A stretch of DNA of 44,644 bases from a virus (lineage: Duplodnaviria > Heunggongvirae > Uroviricota > Caudoviricetes). This document shows, in pieces, positions 9,363 through 16,543 of the stretch. Both the position numbers and the translations under genes were made by a program. Position 1 is the first letter of the stretch. Each line of letters begins with the position of its first letter. The notes under the pieces are model-generated. The model was not told the origin of the DNA, searched no databases, and was given only the letters and a program-made list of their open reading frames with translations. The stretch is from the IMG/VR virus record IMGVR_UViG_2563366806_000004, positions 1 through 44,644 of that record. One strand, 5' to 3'.

Positions 9363-9575
9363 TTATTCGCGAGCTTTGAGCATGGCATCAGCAATAAAGT
9401 AGGCATCATCTGCTAATTCTTTGTACTGTGGTGAATTCTGTCCACCGCCAAAGGAATGTCCGTCCCATCTGCGCACTATTGCTGCCATAGCCTTAGCAGC
9501 GAAGTAATCACGTAATGTCGCATCACTTGCCATTTCTGGGCGTTTGATATCTGCTTCATAAAACTCGCACATCAT
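9363..9575 (-). CDS. Hypothetical protein
   Basis: 70-aa ORF, stop/start overlap with the upstream gene. Confidence 0.4.
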   Translation of the reverse strand: MMCEFYEADIKRPEMASDATLRDYFAAKAMAAIVRRWDGHSFGGGQNSPQYKELADDAYFIADAMLKARE

Positions 9576-9850
9576 TCACCTCCCAGAGCCTTGCTGATTG
9601 CTGCCTTGGCTCGTTTGTATTCGGTTAACTCTCTGCACCCTTCGTCATGCTCGTAAAGGAAGACAAGCTCTTGCAGTGCTTCAAGCAAATCAGGAGCTGC
9701 TGCTATCAGTAGCGCATCCTCCCTTTCATTTCTTGTTGCTGCTTCAATGTATGTGTCACCAATCGTCACACCATGGAACGTAGTCATCATCTCGTTGACG
9801 TTTCTAACCGTGTACTTCCATTTACCAGGCGTACCCTTAAACTCTTTCAT
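9572..9850 (-). CDS. Hypothetical protein
   Basis: 92 aa from ATG at 9850 with upstream GAGGTGGA; track ORF starts at GTG 9856. Confidence 0.45.
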   Translation of the reverse strand: MKEFKGTPGKWKYTVRNVNEMMTTFHGVTIGDTYIEAATRNEREDALLIAAAPDLLEALQELVFLYEHDEGCRELTEYKRAKAAISKALGGE

Positions 9851-9857
9851 ATCCACC

Positions 9858-9898
9858 TCTGTTGTTTATGCCAAAAATAAAGGCCGACTATGCGGCCT
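9858..9898. repeat. Direct repeat copy 1 (~40 bp, contains terminator hairpin)
   Basis: TCTGTTGTTTATGCCAAAAATAAAGGCCGACTATGCGGCCT, repeated with two differences at 10401..10439. Confidence 0.8.
9871..9898 (-). terminator. Intrinsic terminator after the 156-aa gene
   Basis: Stem AGGCCG/CGGCCT with loop ACTATG, followed on the minus strand by TTATTTTTGG. Confidence 0.55.
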
Positions 9899-10367
9899 AG
9901 TAGAATACCCAATTTTCTGTTTCTTGGTTGTGTCCAAAGTTATATTCAATATCTGGTGTTGATGTATCAATATTCTTCATCCCATCAACAAGAGTTGATA
10001 CAACAGCCAAATCTTGTTTGATTCTCATCAAATGGTATTTCTTCCGGCGCAATAAACTTTCAATGGCAAGTTTCTTCGTCGGGAACGCAAAAGATCTTTC
10101 TGCATTTTTTGCTACTTTCTTAATTGCATATCTATTTCTCCTTTGTTTCCATTCCTGTAACCACTGATTTGGTGCTGGTTTAAAATTAACAATCCAATGC
10201 GCAGGAACCAACCATGCATAATGCTCTGTCTGATGAAAAGCTATATATTGAAGTGCGAATATTTTGATTCCATCTTCTTCAACTGTCGCTTGGAATCTCC
10301 AGAAAACAGGCATTCCATCATGTTCAGTTTCTGATTCAGGAAAAGGTACGCTCCATGATTTTGTCAT
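9897..10367 (-). CDS. Hypothetical protein encoded by an AT-rich cassette
   Basis: 156-aa ORF with AT-rich codon usage unlike neighbours; own leader TTATTTGAGGTGAGATATG and own terminator; no recognisable motif. Confidence 0.55.
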   Translation of the reverse strand: MTKSWSVPFPESETEHDGMPVFWRFQATVEEDGIKIFALQYIAFHQTEHYAWLVPAHWIVNFKPAPNQWLQEWKQRRNRYAIKKVAKNAERSFAFPTKKLAIESLLRRKKYHLMRIKQDLAVVSTLVDGMKNIDTSTPDIEYNFGHNQETENWVFY

Positions 10368-10400
10368 ATCTCACCTCAAATAATTCAGTGCAGTGTTTAT

Positions 10401-10439
10401 TCTGTTGTTTATGCCAAAAGAAGGCCGACTATGCGGCCT
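10401..10439. repeat. Direct repeat copy 2 (contains terminator hairpin)
   Basis: TCTGTTGTTTATGCCAAAAGAAGGCCGACTATGCGGCCT. Confidence 0.8.
10412..10439 (-). terminator. Intrinsic terminator after the membrane-protein gene
   Basis: Same AGGCCG-actatg-CGGCCT hairpin as at 9881..9898, followed on the minus strand by a T-rich tract. Confidence 0.55.
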
Positions 10440-10443
10440 GAAA

Positions 10444-10893
10444 TTACTTAACCAATGATGCTGCATATTCGATAAGGTAAAGATTTGGGGTCAGCCAAAT
10501 TTTTAACCAAGTCATATTGGTTACTACACCAATAATAAAAATCCCCCACAGAGTCAAAACTACAACCAATGGCATGATAAGAAGATTAATATCACCTTTG
10601 CTATCCCAAACCATTGTCGGCCTGTATTTGGGATTTCCTTTCTCCCATGAATATCCTTCATCACCGATTTTACCTGTCTCAACTCTTTGGCACTGCTTCT
10701 TCATAAACCAGAAAACCAGTGGGATTGTTAGAATGGCCATTAATGTTTTAATCAGACTGTCAACCATATTCCATAGCAGCAACTGATGAACAACATCAGG
10801 AATCTGTGCCTGGCTAAATGAAACAGCCGCGTCTATTCCATTACTGGCTTTTTGCAGTAGTTCTACGAGAATCTTGTTTGCTTGTTCTTCCAT
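10444..10893 (-). CDS. Two-pass membrane protein encoded by an AT-rich cassette (possible superinfection-exclusion or abortive-infection function)
   Basis: 149-aa ORF; two hydrophobic helices (LIKTLMAILTIPLVFWFM and INLLIMPLVVVLTLWGIFIIGVV); leader identical to that of the 156-aa gene; position left of N is where lambda and P22 carry sieB. Confidence 0.55.
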   Translation of the reverse strand: MEEQANKILVELLQKASNGIDAAVSFSQAQIPDVVHQLLLWNMVDSLIKTLMAILTIPLVFWFMKKQCQRVETGKIGDEGYSWEKGNPKYRPTMVWDSKGDINLLIMPLVVVLTLWGIFIIGVVTNMTWLKIWLTPNLYLIEYAASLVK

Positions 10894-10947
10894 ATCTCAC
10901 CTCAAATAAGTGGTTTGCTGCGAAAGTAAATACGCTTAAGTTACCTG

Positions 10948-11085
10948 TTATTTATCCCACCAAGTTCCGTATCTATCTATCCAGTTACACCAATCATCGA
11001 CACTCCATTTTGTTGTGTCGCATTTTGGCAACTGGCATGAATATCTACCTTCTTTGTAAAGTCGGCGTTTGACTTTCTTGAGCAT
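10948..11085 (-). CDS. Small Cys-containing hypothetical protein
   Basis: 45-aa ORF MLKKVKRRLYKEGRYSCQLPKCDTTKWSVDDWCNWIDRYGTWWDK directly after the N stop codon with GAGGTGAG Shine-Dalgarno; below the ORF-track length cut-off. Confidence 0.4.
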   Translation of the reverse strand: MLKKVKRRLYKEGRYSCQLPKCDTTKWSVDDWCNWIDRYGTWWDK

Positions 11086-11093
11086 GGCTCACC

Positions 11094-11426
11094 TCAATCG
11101 TAATAAGCTGGAATTGATTTTCCGCGTTGCTTCTGGCGGCCTGAGCAGGTCAACCCCATTTCACTGCGTGGCTTGCTGTACCATGTGCGCTGATTCTTGC
11201 GCTCAATACGCTGCAGGTTGCTTTCAATCTGTTCGTGGTATTCAGCCAGCACCGTAAGGTCTATCGGATTCAGTGCGCTTTCTACTCGTGATTTCGGTTT
11301 GCGATTCAGCGAGAGAATAGGGCGGTTAACTGGTTTTGCGCTTACCCCAACCAACAGGGGATTTGCTGCTTTCCATTGAACCTGTTTCTCTGCGCGACGT
11401 TCGCGGCGGCGTGTTTGTGCATCCAT
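11094..11426 (-). CDS. N: Antitermination protein N
   Basis: 110-aa ORF MDAQTRRRERRAEKQVQWKAANPLLVGVSAKPVNRPILSL, recognised as lambda N; nutL lies upstream. Confidence 0.9.
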   Translation of the reverse strand: MDAQTRRRERRAEKQVQWKAANPLLVGVSAKPVNRPILSLNRKPKSRVESALNPIDLTVLAEYHEQIESNLQRIERKNQRTWYSKPRSEMGLTCSGRQKQRGKSIPAYYD

Positions 11427-11694
11427 CTGGATTCTCCTGTCAGTTAGCTTTGGTGGTGTGGTGGCTGGTAGTCTAGCTCCAGCTTGTTGAGTCTCATTCG
11501 GAGGGGTATAACCGGCACCCCAGCGATTTTTCCATGCGACAACGTGCGCGTTATGGCGGCCTTATCGCCCGCGGCTCCCCATCTCGTCCACGCTATTGCT
11601 AGCGTTGGGAGCGCTTCACCGCTCAACAGTAGGTAAGCACTTGCCAGTGACTAGCTGGCTTCACCACACCCCAAAGCCTTCTGCTTTGAATGCT

Positions 11695-11725
11695 GCCCTT
11701 CTTCAGGGCTAAATTTTTAAGAGCC
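11695..11725 (-). promoter_or_regulatory. nutL: nutL (boxB hairpin GCCCTGAAGAAGGGC plus boxA-like GCTCTTA)
   Basis: Reverse complement of 11691..11724 reads GCTCTTAAAAATTTAGCCCTGAAGAAGGGCAGCA, matching lambda nutL. Confidence 0.8.
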
Positions 11726-11764
11726 TCACCTTCATGGTGGTCAGTGCGTCCTGTTGATGGCTAG

Positions 11765-11828
11765 ATAATCACAAATTGTGTTCGTGCTGTCAACACGAAA
11801 TGTGATTGTTTTTATCACAACACGTGTT
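11765..11828 (-). promoter_or_regulatory. pL promoter with three operator sites (oL)
   Basis: Three 15-bp sites of form ATCACA-N3-YGTGTT at 11768..11782, 11792..11806, 11814..11828; minus-strand -35 TTGACA (11793..11788) and -10 GATTAT (11770..11765), 17-nt spacer. Confidence 0.65.
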
Positions 11829-11865
11829 TTCATTGATTTTTAAGGTAATTTAATTTTCTTTGGGC

Positions 11866-11889
11866 AACAAAAAACCCGCCGAAGCGGGT
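11866..11889 (-). terminator. Intrinsic terminator after the repressor gene
   Basis: Stem ACCCGC/GCGGGT with loop CGAA, followed on the minus strand by TTTTTTGTTG. Confidence 0.6.
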
Positions 11890-11914
11890 TTGATGTTTTT
11901 AAGTGGCGGGTATA

Positions 11915-12556
11915 TCAGGAGAATTTCATCATCATCTGCACTGCTACGCCGATTATCTTGCAGTTGCCGTCGATTGGGATCAACGGATAGGCAGGGTTAA
12001 GCCCTTTCAGGTATTTGTTACCGCCATCAATGATTAGCTTCTTGAACGTGGCTTCATTAGCATCTGTCAGCTTCGCAACTACCAGGCTTCCATTAACGGC
12101 TTCCTTTCCAGTGTCGAACAGAACCAGCATACCCTCAGGAACGCTAAGGCCGGTAGGAGCTGTCATTGAGTCGCCCTGAACCCTGAGCCAGAAGGCGTCA
12201 CCGACAACGTGACAATCTGATTCATACCACTCATCCACTGCCTGAGGGTTGTACGGCTCTACGGCCTCACTCCATGCACCTGCGCTAACCCAGCTAATCA
12301 ACGGAAACTTTTCCCCTGGCTTGTATTGTCCCTGATAGTTGTCGCCAAAAAGCAGTTCTGCCGGAGCGACGCCCAAAGCTTTAGCTATTACCTCTGCGTC
12401 ATCAACACTAACGCTTCTGGTTCCTGATTCATAGTTGCCGATCCGAGATTGTGAAGCCCAGCCGCAAAGCTCCGCCAGAGCCTTCTGTGAAAGCCCTTTA
12501 TCTTCCCGTAATCGCTTGATACGCGCGGCGATAGTTTCTGTTCTGTTCATGCGCAT
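11915..12556 (-). CDS. cI: CI-like prophage repressor (XRE-type HTH plus S24 LexA-like autopeptidase domain)
   Basis: 213-aa ORF; N-terminal HTH (LSQKALAELCGWASQSRIGNYESG); Ala-Gly cleavage site (SAGAW); GDSM serine motif and downstream Lys; flanked by oL and oR; not lambda cI. Confidence 0.8.
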   Translation of the reverse strand: MRMNRTETIAARIKRLREDKGLSQKALAELCGWASQSRIGNYESGTRSVSVDDAEVIAKALGVAPAELLFGDNYQGQYKPGEKFPLISWVSAGAWSEAVEPYNPQAVDEWYESDCHVVGDAFWLRVQGDSMTAPTGLSVPEGMLVLFDTGKEAVNGSLVVAKLTDANEATFKKLIIDGGNKYLKGLNPAYPLIPIDGNCKIIGVAVQMMMKFS

Positions 12557-12561
12557 TTTAT

Positions 12562-12627
12562 ATCACATTCCGTGGTTTAAGGCTTTACACGATTTGTGTT
12601 GACTATCAATCACAATATGTGTTTAAT
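12562..12627 (+). promoter_or_regulatory. pR promoter with three operator sites (oR)
   Basis: 15-bp sites at 12562..12576, 12586..12600, 12609..12623 matching ATCACA-N3-YGTGTT; -35 TTGACT 12599..12604, -10 TTTAAT 12622..12627. Confidence 0.65.
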
Positions 12628-12660
12628 AAAGACTGAGTGAACTAGCTCTTAAGGAAACCT

Positions 12661-12876
12661 ATGAACAACATTGCCAACGAACGGAAAAAGCTTGGCATCA
12701 CTCAATCTGCGTTAGCAGGCGCGTGTGGCTGGAACCAGTCCCGCTTAGCTAACTACGAGTCAGGTATCCGGACTCCAGATTTAGAGTCGTGCCGTCGCCT
12801 GGTAAAGGCGCTGAATAAATTGGGGAGCAAGACAACGCTAGATGGCTTGTTCCCGCCGGAACACAAAGCCGCTTAA
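12661..12876 (+). CDS. cro: Cro-like HTH regulator
   Basis: 71-aa ORF with XRE-type HTH (LGITQSALAGACGWNQSRLANYESG), first gene rightward of oR, RBS AAGGAAAC. Confidence 0.7.
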   Translation: MNNIANERKKLGITQSALAGACGWNQSRLANYESGIRTPDLESCRRLVKALNKLGSKTTLDGLFPPEHKAA

Positions 12877-12884
12877 GACATTCC

Positions 12885-12916
12885 CGCTCTTACACATCCC
12901 AGCCCTGAAAAAGGGC
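12885..12916 (+). promoter_or_regulatory. nutR: nutR (boxA CGCTCTTA and boxB GCCCTGAAAAAGGGC)
   Basis: boxA at 12885..12892 and boxB hairpin at 12902..12916 match lambda nutR. Confidence 0.8.
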
Positions 12917-12995
12917 ATCAAATTAAACCACACCTATGGTGTATGCATTTATTTGCATACATTCAATCAATTGTTATCTAAGGAAATACTTACAT

Positions 12996-13274
12996 ATGCA
13001 ACTTACAAGTACTCGCAAGAAAGCGAATGCAATTACAAGCAACATCCTGAATCGAATTGCTGTACGTGGTCAGCGAAAGGTTGCCGACGCGTTAGGGATT
13101 AATGAATCGCAAATTTCGCGATGGAAAGACAGCTTCATCCCAAAAATGGGAATGCTTCTGGCTGTTCTTGAATGGGGTGTTGAAGACGAGGAGTTGGCGG
13201 AACTGGCTAAGAAAGTAGCCAGAATGCTGACAAAAGAAAAAGCCCCGAAGAACGGCGAATTCTTCGAGGCCTGA
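12996..13274 (+). CDS. cII: Transcriptional activator CII
   Basis: 92 aa from ATG 12996 with the lambda cII leader TTATCTAAGGAAATACTTACATATG; KVADALGINESQISRWK...PKMGMLLAVLEWGV resembles lambda CII. Confidence 0.8.
   Translation: MQLTSTRKKANAITSNILNRIAVRGQRKVADALGINESQISRWKDSFIPKMGMLLAVLEWGVEDEELAELAKKVARMLTKEKAPKNGEFFEA
13231..13270 (-). terminator. Minus-strand intrinsic terminator overlapping the cII 3' end (oop-RNA-like position)
   Basis: 11-bp stem with one mismatch (GCCCCGAAGAA/TTCTTCGAGGC), 7-nt loop, followed on the minus strand by TTTTTCTTTTG. Confidence 0.45.
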
Positions 13275-13308
13275 TGTAGAAAGACTGGATCAATCCACAG
13301 GAGTAATT

Positions 13309-13953
13309 ATGACATACGAAAATGACAAATTCCAGGTTCTGAAGAGCATGAAGGTGCCAGATGATTTTAAATCAAATGGCTTTGTTTATGTGCTTTCTAA
13401 TGAGTGCATGCCAGGAATTTATAAGATTGGGATGACTAAGCATTCACCAGAAGTTAGGGCTAAAGAAATTTCAGCCTCTACTGGCGTTCCTAAGCCATTT
13501 AAGGTGATAGCAGCCTTTCATTCAAATAATCCCGCATCAGATGAAAAACTCATTCATAAAGCCTTTGCAAAAGAGAGGCTTAGTGATAATCGAGAGTTTT
13601 TCAAGCTTGAAGATAATGAGCTTTCTGAATCTCTAAATGAAATAAGGGCGCTGGTTGGCCCTGAAAGAAATGGCGAGACGGCAGAATACGCAATTTACGA
13701 CTCATTCATTTCTTTTCGCCATGAAAATGAGCTTGATCTTAATGAGGAGCTTATAGAGCAAGGTCTGGGTAGTGTAGTTGGTCATCTTCCTGCGGTGAAA
13801 AATTTCCTTATTCGCGCCGGAATTGATTACGCGAAGCAACTGATAAGCAAATATAACTCATCGATAGTTATTAATACAGATGGCAGTGTGGTGATGGTTA
13901 AGTCTCTTGAAGCCCAATGCTTTGATGCGGAGGTTGGAAATGAGCCTGGCTGA
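13309..13953 (+). CDS. T5orf172 / GIY-YIG-like domain protein (accessory gene between cII and O)
   Basis: 214-aa ORF, RBS CAGGAG; N-terminal NGFVYVLSNECMPGIYKIGMTKHSPEVRAKEIS...PFKVIAAFHSNN...REFFKL resembles the T5orf172 (GIY-YIG-like) domain; AT-rich; 3' end overlaps O start by 14 nt. Confidence 0.6.
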   Translation: MTYENDKFQVLKSMKVPDDFKSNGFVYVLSNECMPGIYKIGMTKHSPEVRAKEISASTGVPKPFKVIAAFHSNNPASDEKLIHKAFAKERLSDNREFFKLEDNELSESLNEIRALVGPERNGETAEYAIYDSFISFRHENELDLNEELIEQGLGSVVGHLPAVKNFLIRAGIDYAKQLISKYNSSIVINTDGSVVMVKSLEAQCFDAEVGNEPG

Positions 13954-14782
13954 AGTATTTTACCTGTCGAAGAGTGAACCTGTTGAACAGGAGCGAAGAG
14001 TGGCTGATATCGATGATGGTTACACCAGATTCGCTAACGAGCTGCTGGAAGCTATCGCAAGTGCTGATTTAACCGCTCGCCAGTTGAAAGTTATGCTGGC
14101 CTACGTCCGGAAAACATATGGATTCAATAAGAAAACAGATCGAATAGCCGATGAGCAAATTGCTCAGTTAACAGGACTGTCAAGGCAGAATGTTAACAAG
14201 GCTAAAAAAGAACTGATTTCAATGAATTGCCTGTTTATGGATGGAAATCAAATCGGTGTAAACAGTGAGGTATCTGCGTGGCAATTCAGCAAGTGTCTCC
14301 AAGTTAGCAACTTTGTCTCGAAGTTAGAGACAAAAAATGTCTCCAAATTAGAGACACTCAATGTCTCGAAGTTAGAGACACACAAAAGACATTCTTTAAA
14401 GACAAAAGAAAATATTAATAAACCCCCTATATCCCCCAAAAAAGTTTCTCAGAAGTTCGACCCGCTAGAAACAGAGTTGCCTGATTGGTTATCAGCAGAA
14501 ACATGGTTGTCGTGGGTTACCTATCGCAAGGAGATAGGTAAGTCGATCAAGTCTAAGCAAAGTGTCACTCAGGCTATCAACGTTCTAAGCAGAAGTCTGG
14601 AGAAGGGATATACACCTGAAGAAATTATAAACCAGAGCATCGCCAGTGGTTGGCAGGGGATTTTTGAACCCAAGACTCCAAAGGGGAAATCTCAACCGAG
14701 GCCGCAGCAGCGAGCTATGCAGGAAAACTTTGCCGCCAAAGATTACGGGCAAACTGAAATGCCTTCATGGGCGCAGGAGTGA
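13940..14782 (+). CDS. O: Replication initiator, lambda O-like (N-terminal iteron-binding domain)
   Basis: 280 aa from ATG 13940 (RBS GGAGG); ERRVADIDDGYTRFANELLEA...LKVMLAYVRKTYGFNK resembles lambda O N-terminus; iterons inside the gene. Confidence 0.75.
   Translation: MSLAEVFYLSKSEPVEQERRVADIDDGYTRFANELLEAIASADLTARQLKVMLAYVRKTYGFNKKTDRIADEQIAQLTGLSRQNVNKAKKELISMNCLFMDGNQIGVNSEVSAWQFSKCLQVSNFVSKLETKNVSKLETLNVSKLETHKRHSLKTKENINKPPISPKKVSQKFDPLETELPDWLSAETWLSWVTYRKEIGKSIKSKQSVTQAINVLSRSLEKGYTPEEIINQSIASGWQGIFEPKTPKGKSQPRPQQRAMQENFAAKDYGQTEMPSWAQE
14294..14380. repeat. ori: Replication origin iterons (four ~19-bp repeats at 20-24 bp spacing)
   Basis: TGTCTCGAAGTTAGAGACA-type repeats at 14294, 14314, 14338, 14362, followed by an A/T-rich tract 14390..14450. 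Confidence 0.75.
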
Positions 14783-14784
14783 AT

Positions 14785-15678
14785 ATGAATACGACAAATG
14801 GTTACAATCTGGCACTGCAAAGGCAACTTGTAGACTCAAAAATCAATGACATTTCTGATCTGAAACAGAAACTTGAGTTTAGCAAAATTGGATCAGCATC
14901 AGATGGAATGTCAGTTACCAGCACAGTGGAAGAGTGCGAGAAACACGGTAAATATACTTCCTATGAGAAATATCTGACCATCTCAGGAAAAAGAATTACT
15001 TCAAGTAAATCTGAGTGCCCACAGTGCCTTGAGGAGAAAATTCGTAAGAAAGAGATTGAACGTGAGCAGGCAGAACAAAGAGCAAGACAATCAAAAATTG
15101 AATATTTGTTGAATTCTCTCAATATTCCAGAGAGGTTCAAAAATTGCACTCTTCAGAATTATGAGCCTGTTAACGATGATGCAAAGCGAGTTCTTAAGGT
15201 ATGCCAGGCATATGCCAGTAAGTGGCCTGAACGCCTTCAGAAAGGTGGCGGACTGGTCATGTGTGGTAAGCCTGGAACTGGAAAGAACCACCTTGCACTG
15301 GCTATCGCTAGGCACGCCATTATCGAGCATCAAAGCTCTGTGATATTTACCACTGCGTTGAAAATTGCCAGAGAGTACAAATCAACATGGTCTAAGGCCG
15401 CAACCAGAACTGAAGAAGAAGTCATTAGGCAATTTACGCATCCTGACTTGTTAATAATCGATGAGGTTGGCGTGCAGTTCGGCAGTGATGCTGAAAAGCT
15501 AATCATGTTCGAAATTATCAACACCAGATATGAATACATGAAGCCAACAATCCTGATTAGTAATCAGAGCAAAGATGAACTTTCGGCATTCATTGGTGAG
15601 CGTGTTATTGACAGGATGAATGATGGCGGCGGATGCACCCTTGCGTTTACATGGGATAGTTACAGGAGCAGATCGTGA
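14785..15678 (+). CDS. DnaC/IstB-like AAA+ helicase loader
   Basis: 297 aa from ATG 14785; Walker A GKPGTGKNHLALAIA and Walker B LLIIDEVG; occupies the position of lambda P. Confidence 0.75.
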   Translation: MNTTNGYNLALQRQLVDSKINDISDLKQKLEFSKIGSASDGMSVTSTVEECEKHGKYTSYEKYLTISGKRITSSKSECPQCLEEKIRKKEIEREQAEQRARQSKIEYLLNSLNIPERFKNCTLQNYEPVNDDAKRVLKVCQAYASKWPERLQKGGGLVMCGKPGTGKNHLALAIARHAIIEHQSSVIFTTALKIAREYKSTWSKAATRTEEEVIRQFTHPDLLIIDEVGVQFGSDAEKLIMFEIINTRYEYMKPTILISNQSKDELSAFIGERVIDRMNDGGGCTLAFTWDSYRSRS

Positions 15679-15965
15679 CTGGAAAAGAAATCATCCTGGA
15701 ATATCTGAAAACTCATGAACAATTCTCCCCACATGAATTAGCTCTGATCACCGGAATACCAAATAACAGAATCGCTCAAGCAGCAAGGCATATGGTGAAA
15801 CAAGGGCATTTGAGTGTTGTTGAGCGTAAGTGGAAGACGGTTATTTATGCGAAACGCAAAGTGAAGAAGGAGCCAATTAAAAGAAATCCAGATGGTACGG
15901 GGTGGGGATGTGCAAATCCAATGACGGCGTTTATTAATAGGGCGCTTATGGAGGTAAGGCAATGA
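15675..15965 (+). CDS. Hypothetical protein with possible winged-helix DNA-binding fold
   Basis: 96-aa ORF with GTG start overlapping upstream stop; ELALITGIPNNRIAQAARHMVKQGHL resembles an HTH. Confidence 0.45.
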   Translation: MTGKEIILEYLKTHEQFSPHELALITGIPNNRIAQAARHMVKQGHLSVVERKWKTVIYAKRKVKKEPIKRNPDGTGWGCANPMTAFINRALMEVRQ

Positions 15966-16231
15966 ATAAAAAACAATTAGCCATTCTCGAAAAGGCATGG
16001 GATGCACAAATATCATGCGCTTTGAAAGAACAGGCACTACCAATAATCCAGACCAAATCGAAAATAGCCAGGCAGTTATGCGATGACGGATTCCTGAACG
16101 AAGTTGAGATTACGCGCCAGATGGTAACGTTCAAAGGGTATGAGATAAATCATCATGGTATAGCGGCGTATTGCTCCCACCTTCCTGATGACGTTGACAT
16201 TGATGAAATGGAAAGGGAGATGAAGCAATGA
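15962..16231 (+). CDS. Hypothetical protein
   Basis: 89-aa ORF, ATGA start overlap with upstream gene. Confidence 0.45.
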   Translation: MNKKQLAILEKAWDAQISCALKEQALPIIQTKSKIARQLCDDGFLNEVEITRQMVTFKGYEINHHGIAAYCSHLPDDVDIDEMEREMKQ

Positions 16232-16256
16232 CCATCTACATCACTGAGCTAATAAC

Positions 16257-16288
16257 AGGCCTGCTGGTAATCGCAGGCCTTTTTATTT
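16257..16288 (+). terminator. Intrinsic terminator in the early-right operon (tR2-like position)
   Basis: 8-bp stem AGGCCTGC/GCAGGCCT with loop TGGTAATC, followed by TTTTATTT. Confidence 0.55.
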
Positions 16289-16317
16289 GGGGGAGAGGGA
16301 ATTGGAGGCTTTAAGAA

Positions 16318-16533
16318 ATGAGTACGATAGCTGAGCTTGTCAGGGCTAATTTTCGTGAAGAGTTGGTGCGTTGGTATCGGTATCGTTCATCGTCCAGTTT
16401 GCCGATTGATGAGTTGTATGAGCATTCACCTGCTGCACGACGCTATCCGCGTGACCGTGTTCTTCGACGGTTGTCCAAACTCAACAATGAGTTTCAGCGC
16501 AACAGAATTATTCGGAGTCTGGATTTAAAGTAA
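16318..16533 (+). CDS. Hypothetical protein
   Basis: 71-aa ORF with RBS GGAGG upstream. Confidence 0.45.
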   Translation: MSTIAELVRANFREELVRWYRYRSSSSLPIDELYEHSPAARRYPRDRVLRRLSKLNNEFQRNRIIRSLDLK

Positions 16534-16543
16534 AGGAGTGAGC

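Noticed and set aside
11444-11626. 60-aa minus-strand ORF between N and the nutL/pL region
   Set aside because: Lies in the N leader region without an RBS; the interval is accounted for by the N leader and nutL
12842-13102. 86-aa plus-strand ORF spanning nutR and the cII start region
   Set aside because: Overlaps the nutR boxA/boxB elements and is out of frame with cII, which has the lambda-type leader
14294-14380. Short direct repeats that might suggest a CRISPR-like array
   Set aside because: Only four copies, imperfect, inside the O-like initiator gene next to an A/T-rich tract; this is the lambdoid origin iteron arrangement
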